From contig NC_068991.1 in assembly GCF_001194135.2 (NCBI RefSeq), positions 58,743,032-58,775,146 on the forward strand: 32,115 bases of DNA. The letters are read 5' to 3'. Under the pieces are notes generated by a model. It saw nothing but the letters and a program-made list of their open reading frames with translations, ran no database searches and was not told the DNA's origin. The position numbers were made by a program, and so were the translations under genes. Below are positions 1-10,820 of this stretch, one piece after another. Source of the DNA: Octopus bimaculoides. Its lineage: Eukaryota. Numbering within the stretch: the stretch's first letter is position 1; each line of letters starts with the position of its first letter.

Positions 1-50
<50 letters not shown>

Positions 51-65
51 TGTGTGTGTGTGTGT
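1..65. repeat. (TG)n microsatellite
   Basis: Direct reading; runs off the window start. Confidence 0.98.
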
Positions 66-704
66 AGGTATGTATGTATTTTTGTGTCAGGAGGTAGGAT
101 TGAATCTGGAACCTTCTGGCGGGCATATCCATAGACATGCATTTCTATGTATGCGTATACGTAAAGTTGTAGCACATACATGAGATTATGTACAAACGCG
201 TATATGAATGAACAACATGCGTACGCAGGCCTTTCCTGTGTATGCATGAATATATATATATATATATGTATGGGTGGGTGTAGGCGCATTAGTGTGTGTG
301 TGTGTGTGTGTGCCTGAGTAAGTAAACACTTAAGACTGTACTAAAACTATTTCAAAACAAAGGATTGGAAGAGGTTGAGAGAGAAAGAGAAAAGCAAAGA
401 GCGAGAAAGAGAGAGTGTGTGAAAGAAACAGAATGTGAGTGATGGTAAGAGGTAAAAATAGAACTAAATGGGGGCAAGGAGTGGTAAAGAGACAGTTAAA
501 GTGAGAGTCCAAACGAAGAGAGCGAGAAAGAATAACAATGCAATTGACTTTTTACTATTAGAACGTGAAATCTGTAAGAGGCGATGGGACAACGGACATT
601 AATGTATTTCGGTTTGAAGTTACGTCCCTTGTAGTTCTGGCTTCAGTTCAAATACTGCCATTTTCGAAAGTGCTAGGGCAATAAGTACAATCAACCTTTA
701 TTTC

Positions 705-1050
705 TACTTTTTATCTGCTTCAGTCGATGAACTGTGGCCACGCTGTTGCTTCACATTTGTAGGTTTCGTGGGACAAATCACTCCTTGTACTTTGTAAATC
801 TTGTACATACTCTGTTGGTCTCTTAGGCCGAACCGTTAAGTTACAGGGGCGTAAACACAACGATATTTGTCTATACACATACATGCATATATATGTGTTG
901 TGTGTATAGGTATTCTTCACAGTTTCCAAATTGACTAAGAGGGTATTGTTTTGCCCAGGATTATAAAAGAACACATTTACGCAATGAGTCACGCAGTGGG
1001 GCTGAACGAGAAACCTCTAGATTGTAATAAAACAAACTTCGCGACCATAT
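705..1050 (-). mobile_element. SINE family B, old degenerate near-full copy
   Basis: Colinear with the 13546-13890 copy: 'ctgcttcagtcgatgaactgtggccacgctg', 'ggccgaaccgttaagttacaggggcgtaaacac', a short CA/TA tract, then 'ttgcccagg...cacgcagtggggctgaac'. Confidence 0.7.
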
Positions 1051-1239
1051 TGCGATGTCTGCGTAGAACATACAATAAACAACTTCTTTTATACGTTCTC
1101 GTGTGCTCTTGTCATAGTGTTGCTTAAACTCCCCTTTTCTGCAGAATCATTCTCGAACAGGCCAACCAAAGGACGTCACACATCCTGGTCACCCCGACCG
1201 CCAAGGGCACCCCAGGCAGGCACCTCTCTTCTCCACATC

Positions 1240-1900
1240 TCCTCAGGCATATATGTGTATGTTCAGAGTAGTCCCATTCACGGAAGCTATTTTTGCCACA
1301 TTCACCCAGGTTTCAACAAGAATACTGGCAAGGGGCAGCACTTCCCTCTTCACCCTCACCTTTCTTTTCAAGCGAAACTTGGCAAAGTCAATGGGGGCTT
1401 TCCCGAAGAGGACAGTATCTGTTTTCAGTCCTTTCAACCTCGTGTATCACACTAACACTTTCGTCATAGGTACCAGGCAGAGGAAAAAAAGGGTACGGTG
1501 CGATCTTCGCGATGGACTCGGCCGATAAACGAATCCGTCTTACACGCATTAACAACTGTTCGACAAAGCTTCACAAGTCAGCAATGCCCGAACGCCGGAC
1601 GATTGCATGCAGAACGGCTTCATCGGGCCATGAACATCTCGGAGAGTTTTTACGTGCCAGTAGCGTTTGTCCCTAGCCGGCAGAGACCCTCCGGTTGCAC
1701 TACTAAGTAATGGATTTCTAGAAATTTCCCACACGCCCGGCCAGAATGTCCTCTGGAAAACACCAGCTAATTGATCTCTCCCGACGCACATAGTTATCGC
1801 GCTTACGTCATCGCTTTTGCCCGCCACTAATACTTTATAGAGCACCAATGTGGAACTGCCATCGATCGCATTGTCTGACTGGCAAAGGCCCAGGTTCAAA
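1240..1900 (-). mobile_element. Degenerate non-LTR retrotransposon (Tx1/L1-clade LINE), ORF2 C-terminal region; pseudogenised
   Basis: Stitching minus-strand frames gives LYKVLVAGKSDD..DQLAGVFQRTFWPG..GSLPARDKRYWH / SPRCSWPDEAVLHAIVRRSGIADL*SFVEQLLMRVRRIRLSAESIAKIAP / FLCLVPMTKVLV*YTRLKGLKTDTVLFG..FAKFRLKRKVRVKREVL..ETWVNVAKIASVNGTTLNIHIYA*. This follows the zf-RVT-like (CxxC..ET..H..C) to C-terminus pattern I recall for Tx1 ORF2, with frameshifts and TGG>TGA stops. Confidence 0.75.
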
Positions 1901-2147
1901 GCGTCAGTATATCATCTACTTTTCAAAACGGTAAGCTGTACGATTTGAGGGTCATTTAATTGCTGTGTTGTCGAAATGAAAAGAATGCGTACAGACTAGC
2001 TGCTCAGCGAAATACAACATAGGCGTAACTTTCCTTAGAGGAATTCAATTCAAATACATCCAGGGTGTATAATAGACGCTTTGACATCACCAATACAAGA
2101 TGACATATTTATGGTGGGGGTGGGGTGTTTATGCATAGATAGACAAA

Positions 2148-2164
2148 TAGCTAGCTTAGCTAGC

Positions 2165-2200
<36 letters not shown>

Positions 2201-2205
2201 CAGAC

Positions 2206-2257
<52 letters not shown>
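2148..2257. repeat. (GATA)n microsatellite
   Basis: Direct reading. Confidence 0.97.
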
Positions 2258-2665
2258 TTCTTTTATTAGCCACACAGGGCTCAACGAAGATGGGACAAAT
2301 ACAATGCAGAGCTTTTCTTTNNNNNNNNNNNNNNNNNNNNNNNNNNNNNNNNNNNNNNNNNNNNNNNNNNNNNNNNNNNNNNNNNNNNNNNNNNNNNNNN
2401 NNNNNNNNNNNNNNNNNNNNNNNNNNNNNNNNNNNNNNNNNNNNNNNNNNNNNNNNNNNNNNNNNNNNNNNNNNNNNNNNNNNNNNNNNNNNNAAAAAAA
2501 AGAGGGGATCGTGTATCACACAGTAATGTTCTCGTGTAAAAGGAGGGGAGGACAGTTTAGGTTTGGCCGTGGAAAGAAAAGCCTACGGAAAAGACCACGG
2601 TAACCTTGGTCAATATTCTCATTGAAGAAACTATAACAGTAAGTGACTCTCTTTTGCCTTTTTGT
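2258..2665 (-). mobile_element. LINE 3'-UTR fragment (probably Tx1-type), interrupted by an N-gap
   Basis: The minus-strand end AAAGAAAAGCTCTGCATTGTATTTGTCCCATCTTCGTTGAGCCCTGTGTGGCTAATAAAAGAAAT is nearly identical to 19223-19287 (+). It ends in AATAAA followed directly by a microsatellite. Confidence 0.65.
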
Positions 2666-2695
2666 TTTCTTTTTTTTTTCTTGGATTTTTTTTTT

Positions 2696-2697
<2 letters not shown>

Positions 2698-2745
<48 letters not shown>
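2698..2745. repeat. (GATA)n microsatellite
   Basis: Direct reading; same orientation as 2148-2257. Confidence 0.97.
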
Positions 2746-2874
2746 TTCTCATATATATCTATGTATTTAGATATATGTAATATACATATGTGCCTTTGTA
2801 TATGTGTACATGTATGTGTGTGTGTGTATTTCTGTATGACGGGGTGTATTTGTATGTGTGTGTGTGTGTATGTG

Positions 2875-3001
2875 TATTATACTCTTACCAAAAGAATGTT
2901 GACAAGTTGCGGCCAAGTAGCCTTCGTCGGACAGTCTGACAAGAGCTAGCGGACCAAAACTTCGAAGTCACTGCTACCCATCGTCTGGTAAAAGTGTAAT
3001 A
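2875..3001. ncRNA. Fold-back unit with two divergent, degenerate minimal hammerhead-ribozyme-like motifs
   Basis: Terminal inverted repeat 2875-2890 / 2986-3001 (14/16). Plus motif 2932-2973: CAGT-CTGACAA-stemII-AAAA-CTTCGAAGT-C-ACTG. Minus motif 2901-2930: CCGACGA-A-GGCT-ACTT-GGCC-GCAA-CTTGTC. Confidence 0.45.
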
Positions 3002-3161
3002 AGTAGATACTCTACAAAGATTATTGAGTAATTCTTCAGTTTAAAGTTAAATTGTGTTTATGCATAACTTCACGTAAAACCAAACGTTAATACATGTTTG
3101 TGTGTACATGCATACATTGATGTGTTTAAATATGACTCTCTCTGTGTATCTGTGTATGTGT

Positions 3162-3207
<46 letters not shown>

Positions 3208-3345
3208 ATTAGTGCTTTGATAGAACCAAATTTTCAAATTCAATGAGAAATATACCGTAAACTGCGCACCCATGTTTTTCAATAGAGGACATTTTGATAA
3301 AGATGTTGTTGTTGCCCTTGGTGGAGGTGGTAGGTGGCACTAAGT

Positions 3346-3368
3346 AGTAGTAGTAGTAGTAGTAGTAG
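3346..3368. repeat. (TAG)n microsatellite
   Basis: Direct reading. Confidence 0.95.
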
Positions 3369-3439
3369 GGGAGTGAGACGCCGCTGCTGTTGACATTGGG
3401 ATGGTAACATAACAAAAATAAATCGTGATATAAGTCTCA

Positions 3440-3699
3440 TGCACTTTATTAACACGTACGTACGTACGCACACACTCATATATGTGTGTGCTGGTACATG
3501 TGTACGAGTTGTACGTATGAATAGATATATATATATGAGTGTGTGTGTATATTTATATATAACTATACATACATAGAAATTTATACACAGACATATACAT
3601 AAACGCACACGCTCACACAGACACACACACACACTATATATACATATATGGATGTGTGTATTTATGTGTATACTTGTGTATGCTTATCCGTGTATATAT

Positions 3700-3730
<31 letters not shown>

Positions 3731-4097
3731 CATATATGTATATATANNNNNNNNNNNNNNNNNNNNNNNNNNNNNNNNNNNNNNNNNNNNNNNNNNNNNN
3801 NNNNNNNNNNNNNNNNNNNNNNNNNNNNNNNNNNNNNNNNNNNNNNNNNNNNNNNNNNNNNNNNNNNNNNNNNNNNNNNNNNNNNNNNNNNNNNNNNNNN
3901 NNNNNNNNNNNNNNNNNNNNNNNNNNNNNNNNNNNNNNNNNNNNNNNNNNNNNNNNNNNNNNNNNNNNNNATATATACACATACACATACATACGTACAT
4001 ATATATATATATATATATGCACACACACATATATACAATAAACACTCGCACGAAACCGGACATATAAATGCATACAGATATGCGTGAGTTTGCGTGT

Positions 4098-4133
<36 letters not shown>

Positions 4134-4818
4134 GTACATATTTATGTATGTTTATGTGTGTGTGTGTGTGTGCGTGTGTGTTTGTGTGTGTGTGTGTGTG
4201 TGTAACACTTGGACGTTGTCAACAACAACATTTAAGAGGACAAGAACTAGGTAAACATTGCTGTTTATATGAAATAGTTTTATTCCGGTATATATAAATA
4301 TATATATATATATATGTATGTATATATGTGTATGTATATATATATATTTATATACATACTTCACATACCACAGTTTTTAAGCGCGTTGCTTAATATAGCC
4401 ATAAGGAACATATACATTTCCTATTTAACTGGCCCTTTTTCCTGTATATGAACACATATGCGTACACACACACACGCAAACACGCGTATACATGCATACA
4501 ACCATATATATGCACATACATATATATATGCATGTATATACATCCATTCATAGAGACATGCATACGTTCAAAAATGTTTGCGGACGCACACACGCACACA
4601 TATATACATACATGCATATATATATATATACAAACACACACATATATATACATCTATATATATATATGCATACATATTTATATATGTCTGTGTGTGTGTG
4701 TGTTTGTTTGTGTATGTGTGTGTGCGCGTATATATTTATATAAATTTATGTCGTTGATTGATGAGGAATTAGCTACGAATTTTCCGTTTGTGCTTTTAAT
4801 AAATTTTCGGAATATTTT

Positions 4819-4869
<51 letters not shown>

Positions 4870-5010
4870 NNNNNNNNNNNNNNNNNNNNNNNNNNNNNNN
4901 NNNNNNNNNTGTGCGTGCGTGTGTGTGTGTGTGTGTGTGTGTGCGTGCGTGTGCGTGCGTTCGTGTGTGTGTGCGTGTCTCTGTGTGTGTGTGTATGTGT
5001 GTGTGCGCGT
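3440..5010. repeat. Compound TA/CA/TG microsatellite field with two N-gaps
   Basis: Direct reading; ORFs here are YIYI/CVCV/THTH artefacts. Confidence 0.93.
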
Positions 5011-5220
5011 GTCTATGTGTGTTTGTCCGCTCCTACAGATTGACAACCCCTGATAGTGTGTTTATGTCTCCGTAACTTAGCGGTTCAGCAAAGGAGGCTG
5101 ACACAATAAGTACTCGTCTTACAAATAATATGTAAGTCCTGAGATCGATGTTTTCGATTAAAACCTCTTAAGGCTGAGCTCCAACATGGCCGCAGACAAA
5201 TGACTGAAACAAGTAAAAGA
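5011..5220 (+). mobile_element. SINE family B, 3' half
   Basis: 'tgtgtttgtcc...ttgacaacc...cgtaacttagcggttcagcaaag...gctccaacatggccgcagacaaatgactgaaacaagtaaaaga' matches the 3' half of 9221-9512 and, reversed, of 13546-13890. Confidence 0.85.
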
Positions 5221-5227
5221 ATGTATA

Positions 5228-5320
5228 CGTACATCCATCCATCCATCCATACATCCATACATCCATCCATCCATCCATCCATACATACATACATACATAC
5301 ATGCATGCATACATACACAT
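5228..5320. repeat. (CATC)n/(CATA)n microsatellite
   Basis: Direct reading, immediately after the SINE tail. Confidence 0.95.
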
Positions 5321-5786
5321 GTGCCTTCCGAAGGTCATTGACCTTATATCAAATATTTCAAATTTTTGCCACAAGGGAAGCTTGCGGGAAGGTGGCGATG
5401 AGTCGTTTAAATCGACCCCACTGTACAACTGGTATTTTGTTATATTCGAAAGCAACAAGAACACCAACAGTGAACAAAGTACATGGAGGTTACTACAAAG
5501 CTATGAACTATCGCTGTTTCTTACCAATATCACAAGAACGTTACAATTTCGTTGGTGCAGCCAAGAATGTCTAAATGAACCATCTGTTATAATAGAAGCA
5601 GTGTGGGGCGTGGATGGAGATTCTATCAACATATGTTTGTTAGCCACCAGAATTTATTTCATTTCGACTGAAGTAATGAACATACTCGTTTGGTTCCATA
5701 AAGAAAGCTACCATAATTCTTGTTATTTTATCGTCTCCCCACCCTTTCTCTCTTTCTCTGACCCTTTCTCTCTTTCTCTGACCCTG

Positions 5787-5828
<42 letters not shown>

Positions 5829-6378
5829 TATCTCTCTCGTTCCTTCTTTCCTTCTCTCTTTCTTTCCATATGTGTGTGTATAAGTGTGTATGAGAACGGG
5901 GCCTTTCCTATTTTTTACGCTCTTATTTCTGGGCCTGAAATTCAGATTTTTTTCTCCCCCACTAATAAATTGGTAGTTTTGTAAGAAATCCTGCCCATTT
6001 CCTTACTGTCTGTGAACCCTTCAACTTCAGAAAATAATCAAAAGTAAGCAAATAAAATAGAAATGCAATCCTAGACATTTAGACGTTATACTTCGAATAG
6101 ACATATGTTTCTTTTCAAAAAGTCTCTGTTTTATCCGTGANNNNNNNNNNNNNNNNNNNNNNNNNNNNNNNNNNNNNNNNNNNNNNNNNNNNNNNNNNNN
6201 NNNNNNNNNNNNNNNNNNNNNNNNNNNNNNNNNNNNNNNNNNNNNNNNNNNNNNNNNNNNNNNNNNNNNNNNNNNNNNNNNNNNNNNNNNNNNNNNNNNN
6301 NNNNNNNNNNNNNNNNNNNNNNNNNNNNNNNNNNNNNNNNNNNNNNNNNNNNNNNNNNNNNNNNNNNNNNNNNNNNNN

Positions 6379-6412
<34 letters not shown>

Positions 6413-7370
6413 TGTGTGTTTTATTAAAATTTATCAAAAATAGTCTGAATTTCGACCCTCGGTATTCACGACTGCAGCGTGTATGTTGGTGTGCAAATAT
6501 GCACAGGCGTACATATGTGAGTGTGTGTTCATGCATGTCTGCATAGATAGATAGATAACTGTGCGTGAATGTGTGCATGGGTGTGAATATGCGTCAGATT
6601 GCGTGTGTGTGTGTGTGTGTGCGTATTACAAATAAAATGCGATACATATTTAATAAGCAGGCATTTAATCTCACTATTTAAAAACGTAGGTTATCAAGTC
6701 CGGTATTTTCTTGATCTCTAAACGTTTTTTGAAATTGAGATCAGGAGCTAAGCAGCTGCAATATGAGCAAAGATTACTACAACGGCAACAAGGATGATAA
6801 TGTCAACAGTGTCAACTACAGCAACAGCAACAATAGCAATGGAAACTGACACGTTCATAATACATCCTGATGATGCTCTGAAACGCATCATCACTGACGT
6901 TCCTGGAGACATTGGTAGTTTCGGCTCTATTATCAGACCCGCTTATCCACTTGCATCCTTGCAGTAACAAACCACAGCTCTGCTTTCTTCATCCAAAGCT
7001 ATGAAGTAGCTCTCCTGGAACGTATGCTCCAAATCTTGTAATTCTTAATATAGTCAAACCATTGCAGAACGATTGCACTGCAGATTTTCGGCAGCGCACT
7101 TAAGATCTCGCAGCAAACTCGCTACGCTCGATTTGTTCATTTTTCTACTAAGTCTTTCTATCTAGCAATCTTTCTCATTTGCATCTTGCGTATCGATGAG
7201 AGGGGTATTTTCTGCTATTTCTAATTGCACGAGTAACCCTTGCGTATCCGTGTGTTTCTTGGTAACAAACCTTTGTAGATTCGTACTCACAATTGATCAC
7301 TGACCATAATAGCCAAAATCATCCTAACATTAGCCGTTTTAAAAATATTTCTCCACCCTTTGGACTCATA

Positions 7371-7632
7371 AAGCTGGTAACCCCGTTTCCATGGCATATA
7401 GAGGACCGAGATAGCAACATTCTCCCTGAACGGGGCGACGGTCCGTAGCGGGGTTCAAGGCCAGCGGTTTTGATGGGAGGGGAGAAGAACATAGTCCTTG
7501 ACACGTAGTTTATTTCAACGAGGCTGAAGGATTGATACCGAAAAGTTGACCTCGGCGGGATTTGAAATTGGAACATAGAGAGGTTGTAGAAATGCTGTTA
7601 AATACATTGTCCCGATGTGCTAACGATTCGGA
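7371..7632 (-). mobile_element. SINE family A head and body, degenerate, with a distinct 3' module resembling a V-SINE-type central domain
   Basis: The minus strand reads GAATCGTTAGCAC...TTCAAATCCCGCCGAGGTCAAC (family A head), then AACCCCGCTACGGACCGTCGCCCCGTTCAGGGAGAATGTTG...TATGCCATGGAAACGGGG, which is absent from the other family A copies. Confidence 0.6.
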
Positions 7633-7943
7633 CATCTGATCATCTGCAACATTATCCAATGAGTCTTTCGCAAAAACAAGCGCGGAATGCTACAGAGGAA
7701 ATTTAGACACATTATTCATCTTATGATAACTGGTGGTCCCGTTGTCAGGGAATTAGTCCTGATCATCAACGCGATTACAAACTCAAGTATAACATGTCTT
7801 GTATTCCGAGTGGTAACTCGTTAATCAATCCTGACGAGACTACACGCCGTTCGAATATCCAACCTACTATCACCACATGCGCTCAACAATTGCTTTTTGT
7901 ATGACGTGCATATATGGTAATGTATATGTATGTATGTGTGCAC

Positions 7944-7993
<50 letters not shown>

Positions 7994-8232
7994 NNNNNNN
8001 NNNNNNNNNNNNNNNNNNNNNNNNNNNNNNNNNNNNNNNNNNNNNNNNNNNNNNNNNNNNNNNNNNNNNNNNNNNNNNNNNNNNNNNNNNNNNNNNNNNN
8101 NNNNNNNNNNNNNNNNNNNNNNNNNNNNNNNNNNNNNNNNNNNNNNNNNNNNNNNNNNNNNNNNNNNNNNNNNNNNNNNNNNNNNNNNNNNNNNNNNNNN
8201 NNNNNNNNNNNNNATATATACATATATACACG

Positions 8233-8283
<51 letters not shown>

Positions 8284-8770
8284 TCACACACACGCATACT
8301 GATATATATACTCTCACTCAAATGGACACGAACATACATGTTTGTGCGCAAACATATGTGGAAGACGTTTAAGAAAATTAAGAGCTCTAATACAACATTA
8401 ACTGTGACATCAACAACATATGGTATAGTCCCTCACCACACCCATCACTCCGCCCCACAGACTTACTGTACACAGACAGACATACACGCGCGTGCGCGGA
8501 GCTCATACACGTACCACTATCACAATTATTCCTTCAAACGAACCCTAAAAACACCACAAAGAGCCCCGATACCACTATCATAGTAAAAACTCATTATTAA
8601 TCCTCTATGATTGCTTTGCTGCTACGTTTCTCTCTCCTTCTCTCTCTCTCTCACTTTCTCCCTCATTCTCTCTGTCTCTCTTTCTCCATCTCCAGGTCAC
8701 TCTCTCCCTCTCTATCGCTCTCTGTTAAGCATGTCTTCAGTAGCTTTACAGTAACACTCTGTGAATAAAA

Positions 8771-8809
<39 letters not shown>

Positions 8810-9158
8810 NNNNNNNNNNNNNNNNNNNNNNNNNNNNNNNNNNNNNNNNNNNNNNNNNNNNNNNNNNNNNNNNNNNNNNNNNNNNNNNNNNNNNNNNNNN
8901 NNNNNNNNNNNNNNNNNNNNNNNNNNNNNNNNNNNNNNNNNNNNNNNNNNNNNNNNNNNNNNNNNNNNNNNNNNNNNNNNNNNNNNNNNNNNNNNNNNNN
9001 NNNNNNNNNNNNNNNNNNNNNNNNNNNNNNNNNNNNNNNNNNNNNNNNNNNNNNNNNNNNNNNNNNNNNNNNNNNNNNNNNNNNNNNNNNNNNNNNNNNN
9101 NNNNNNNNNNNNNNNNNNNNNNNNNNNNNNNNNNNNNNNNNNNNNNNNNNNNNNNNNN

Positions 9159-9205
<47 letters not shown>

Positions 9206-9220
9206 GCACACACACATACA

Positions 9221-9512
9221 AAGCTTTGTGAGTAGATTTGGTAGACGGAAACTGAAAGAAACCCGTCGTATGTGTGTGTATATGTATGTACACGTGTGTG
9301 TGTATGCATATATCTATGTGTGTTTGTCTCCCTATCACCGCTTGACAACCTGTGTTGTTGTGTTTACGTCTCCCTAATCTAGCGGTTCAGCAAAAGAGAC
9401 TGTTAGAATAAATACTAGGCTTAAAGAAATATAAGTCGTGGTGTGGATTTGTTCCCTTGAACAAACGCGGTGCTCCAGCATGGATGCAATCAAATGACTG
9501 AAACAAAGGAAT
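9221..9512 (+). mobile_element. SINE family B, 5'-truncated, with internal TG/TA tract
   Basis: 'gctttgtgagtagatttggtagacggaaactgaaagaaacccgtcgta' + microsatellite + 'cgcttgacaacc...gcggtgctccagcatggatgcaatcaaatgactgaaacaa'. Confidence 0.9.
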
Positions 9513-9522
9513 AAAATTATAT

Positions 9523-9568
9523 AACACTGTTAGTGATATATATACATATATATATCACTAACAGTGTT
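9523..9568. repeat. Perfect 22-bp inverted repeat with 2-nt spacer
   Basis: AACACTGTTAGTGATATATATA-CA-TATATATATCACTAACAGTGTT, checked base by base. Confidence 0.95.
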
Positions 9569-10659
9569 TCTGATTGTACCAACAAAGGTATCTTCACAGA
9601 GTCACTCGATGTGCTAAAAGTAGCGTCTTCAACTGTCACAAATGAAACTCTATTATATTAGAACGAGAGACTCGTATTGTGTAATAATGCCTGAGTGCAC
9701 CGTTGTGTCGAAAGGCAAATTGAATTGATAGTCACAATCAAAATAGTTTTTGACTAAAGCTTTCCAAATTTATGGATGACATGGGGATAAAGACCAACAG
9801 CAACGATATTTTTAATAAAATATACTGAAGCTGTCTTGAAAATAGAAAAAAAAGACATGCGGCATTATTATAATATATTGGATAAAGAAGACGCAGGAAA
9901 TAAAATATTGCGACTGCTCCCTGCTGCATTGTCAACATTCTAATTTTTAATTTACTTTAATTAATTAAAATTCCGAGAGTTTTCTCCCCCTACTTTTCCA
10001 GAACAGAACTGATCATTAAGCTAAAGATTTTTTTTTTATTTTTAATTAATTAATTAAAATTTCTCGTCTCATTACATTAAGTACATTAGCACCGAACTTA
10101 GCTAAGCAGATTTCATGTCAGCATACTCTAAAAGCCGAAGTAAATATGTCGAGAGCATTAATGCATAAAACAAATGACAACAACAAAAAACAAGAAATAA
10201 AATTATAGGCGTTGATACATTAGTTGTGCTAGCAATAAATAAAGGTGTCAATGATATATATGTATGTATATATATATTTGTGTGTGTTACAACATTGTTG
10301 TTTTATTATTTATTAAGACCCGTAGCTTGATGTTTCTATTTGCCACACATGAACAAAGCATTTCGTATGCGTTCGTCCCCGTTTCCAAGAGACAATAGCA
10401 CAATAACAAAGTGCATGTCTGTGAATGCAAAGAAAGGGATCAGACAAATCCCTCTGGCCTTATTTTAAAGGATTGATGAGATAAATCGTGCAGGTTTATA
10501 TTATATCCCTTGAAAATGTAACTACACGAATCTATCTCCTTAAAACAATTGGAAAAAAATCTTAGTGACTGATGATGTAGTTTCTCTACTGACAGACATG
10601 TATAGTGCGAAGTTTAAAGTCACGTGTAATGTCAATAATATCTTTTATCTTTCACTTGT

Positions 10660-10820
10660 TTTCTTTAACTTGCTTCGGTCATTAGACTGCAGCCATGCTG
10701 GAGTACCGCTTTGACGGTTTTACTTGAACACATCGACCTAAGAACTTTGACGAAACACTAAGTTATAGAGACGTAAACGAGGCAACAACGGTCGCCAAAC
10801 TCTGGAGGAGACAAACAGAA
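10660..10820 (-). mobile_element. SINE family B, 3' half with internal deletion
   Basis: 'acttgcttcggtcattagactgcagccatgctggagtaccgc...cactaagttatagagacgtaaac'. Confidence 0.8.

Noticed and set aside
565-695. Possible very old family A SINE (cagttcaaatactgcc, B-box-like)
   Set aside because: Only short motif matches; too degenerate to support.
5301-5984. 227-aa plus-strand ORF
   Set aside because: It begins in a microsatellite, crosses a SINE fragment (~5395-5445) and ends in (CT)n. There is no recognisable family and no convincing splice sites.
6018-6050. Possible 13-nt micro-exon (ttcag|AAAATAATCAAAA|gtaagc)
   Set aside because: Splice-like motifs alone are common, and there is no gene context or transcript evidence.
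6867-6893. CTGATGA..GAAACGCATC hammerhead-like string
   Set aside because: There is no stem II and stem I does not pair. It is better explained as a 9-bp hairpin (TGATGATGC/GCATCATCA).
6850-7200. Minus frame 'MRKIAR*KD..TN..EILSALPKICSAIVLQWFDYIK', faintly like an RTE LINE C-terminus
   Set aside because: Multiple stops and similarity too weak to assert without a profile search.
7831-7860. CTGACGA..GAAT hammerhead-like string
   Set aside because: GAAT instead of GAAA, with no stem III, NUH triplet or stem I.
8455-8475. Minus-strand GTAAGT donor; also plus-strand acceptors near 10001 and 18895
   Set aside because: The adjacent sequence gives no credible exon or ORF, and such motifs are expected by chance.
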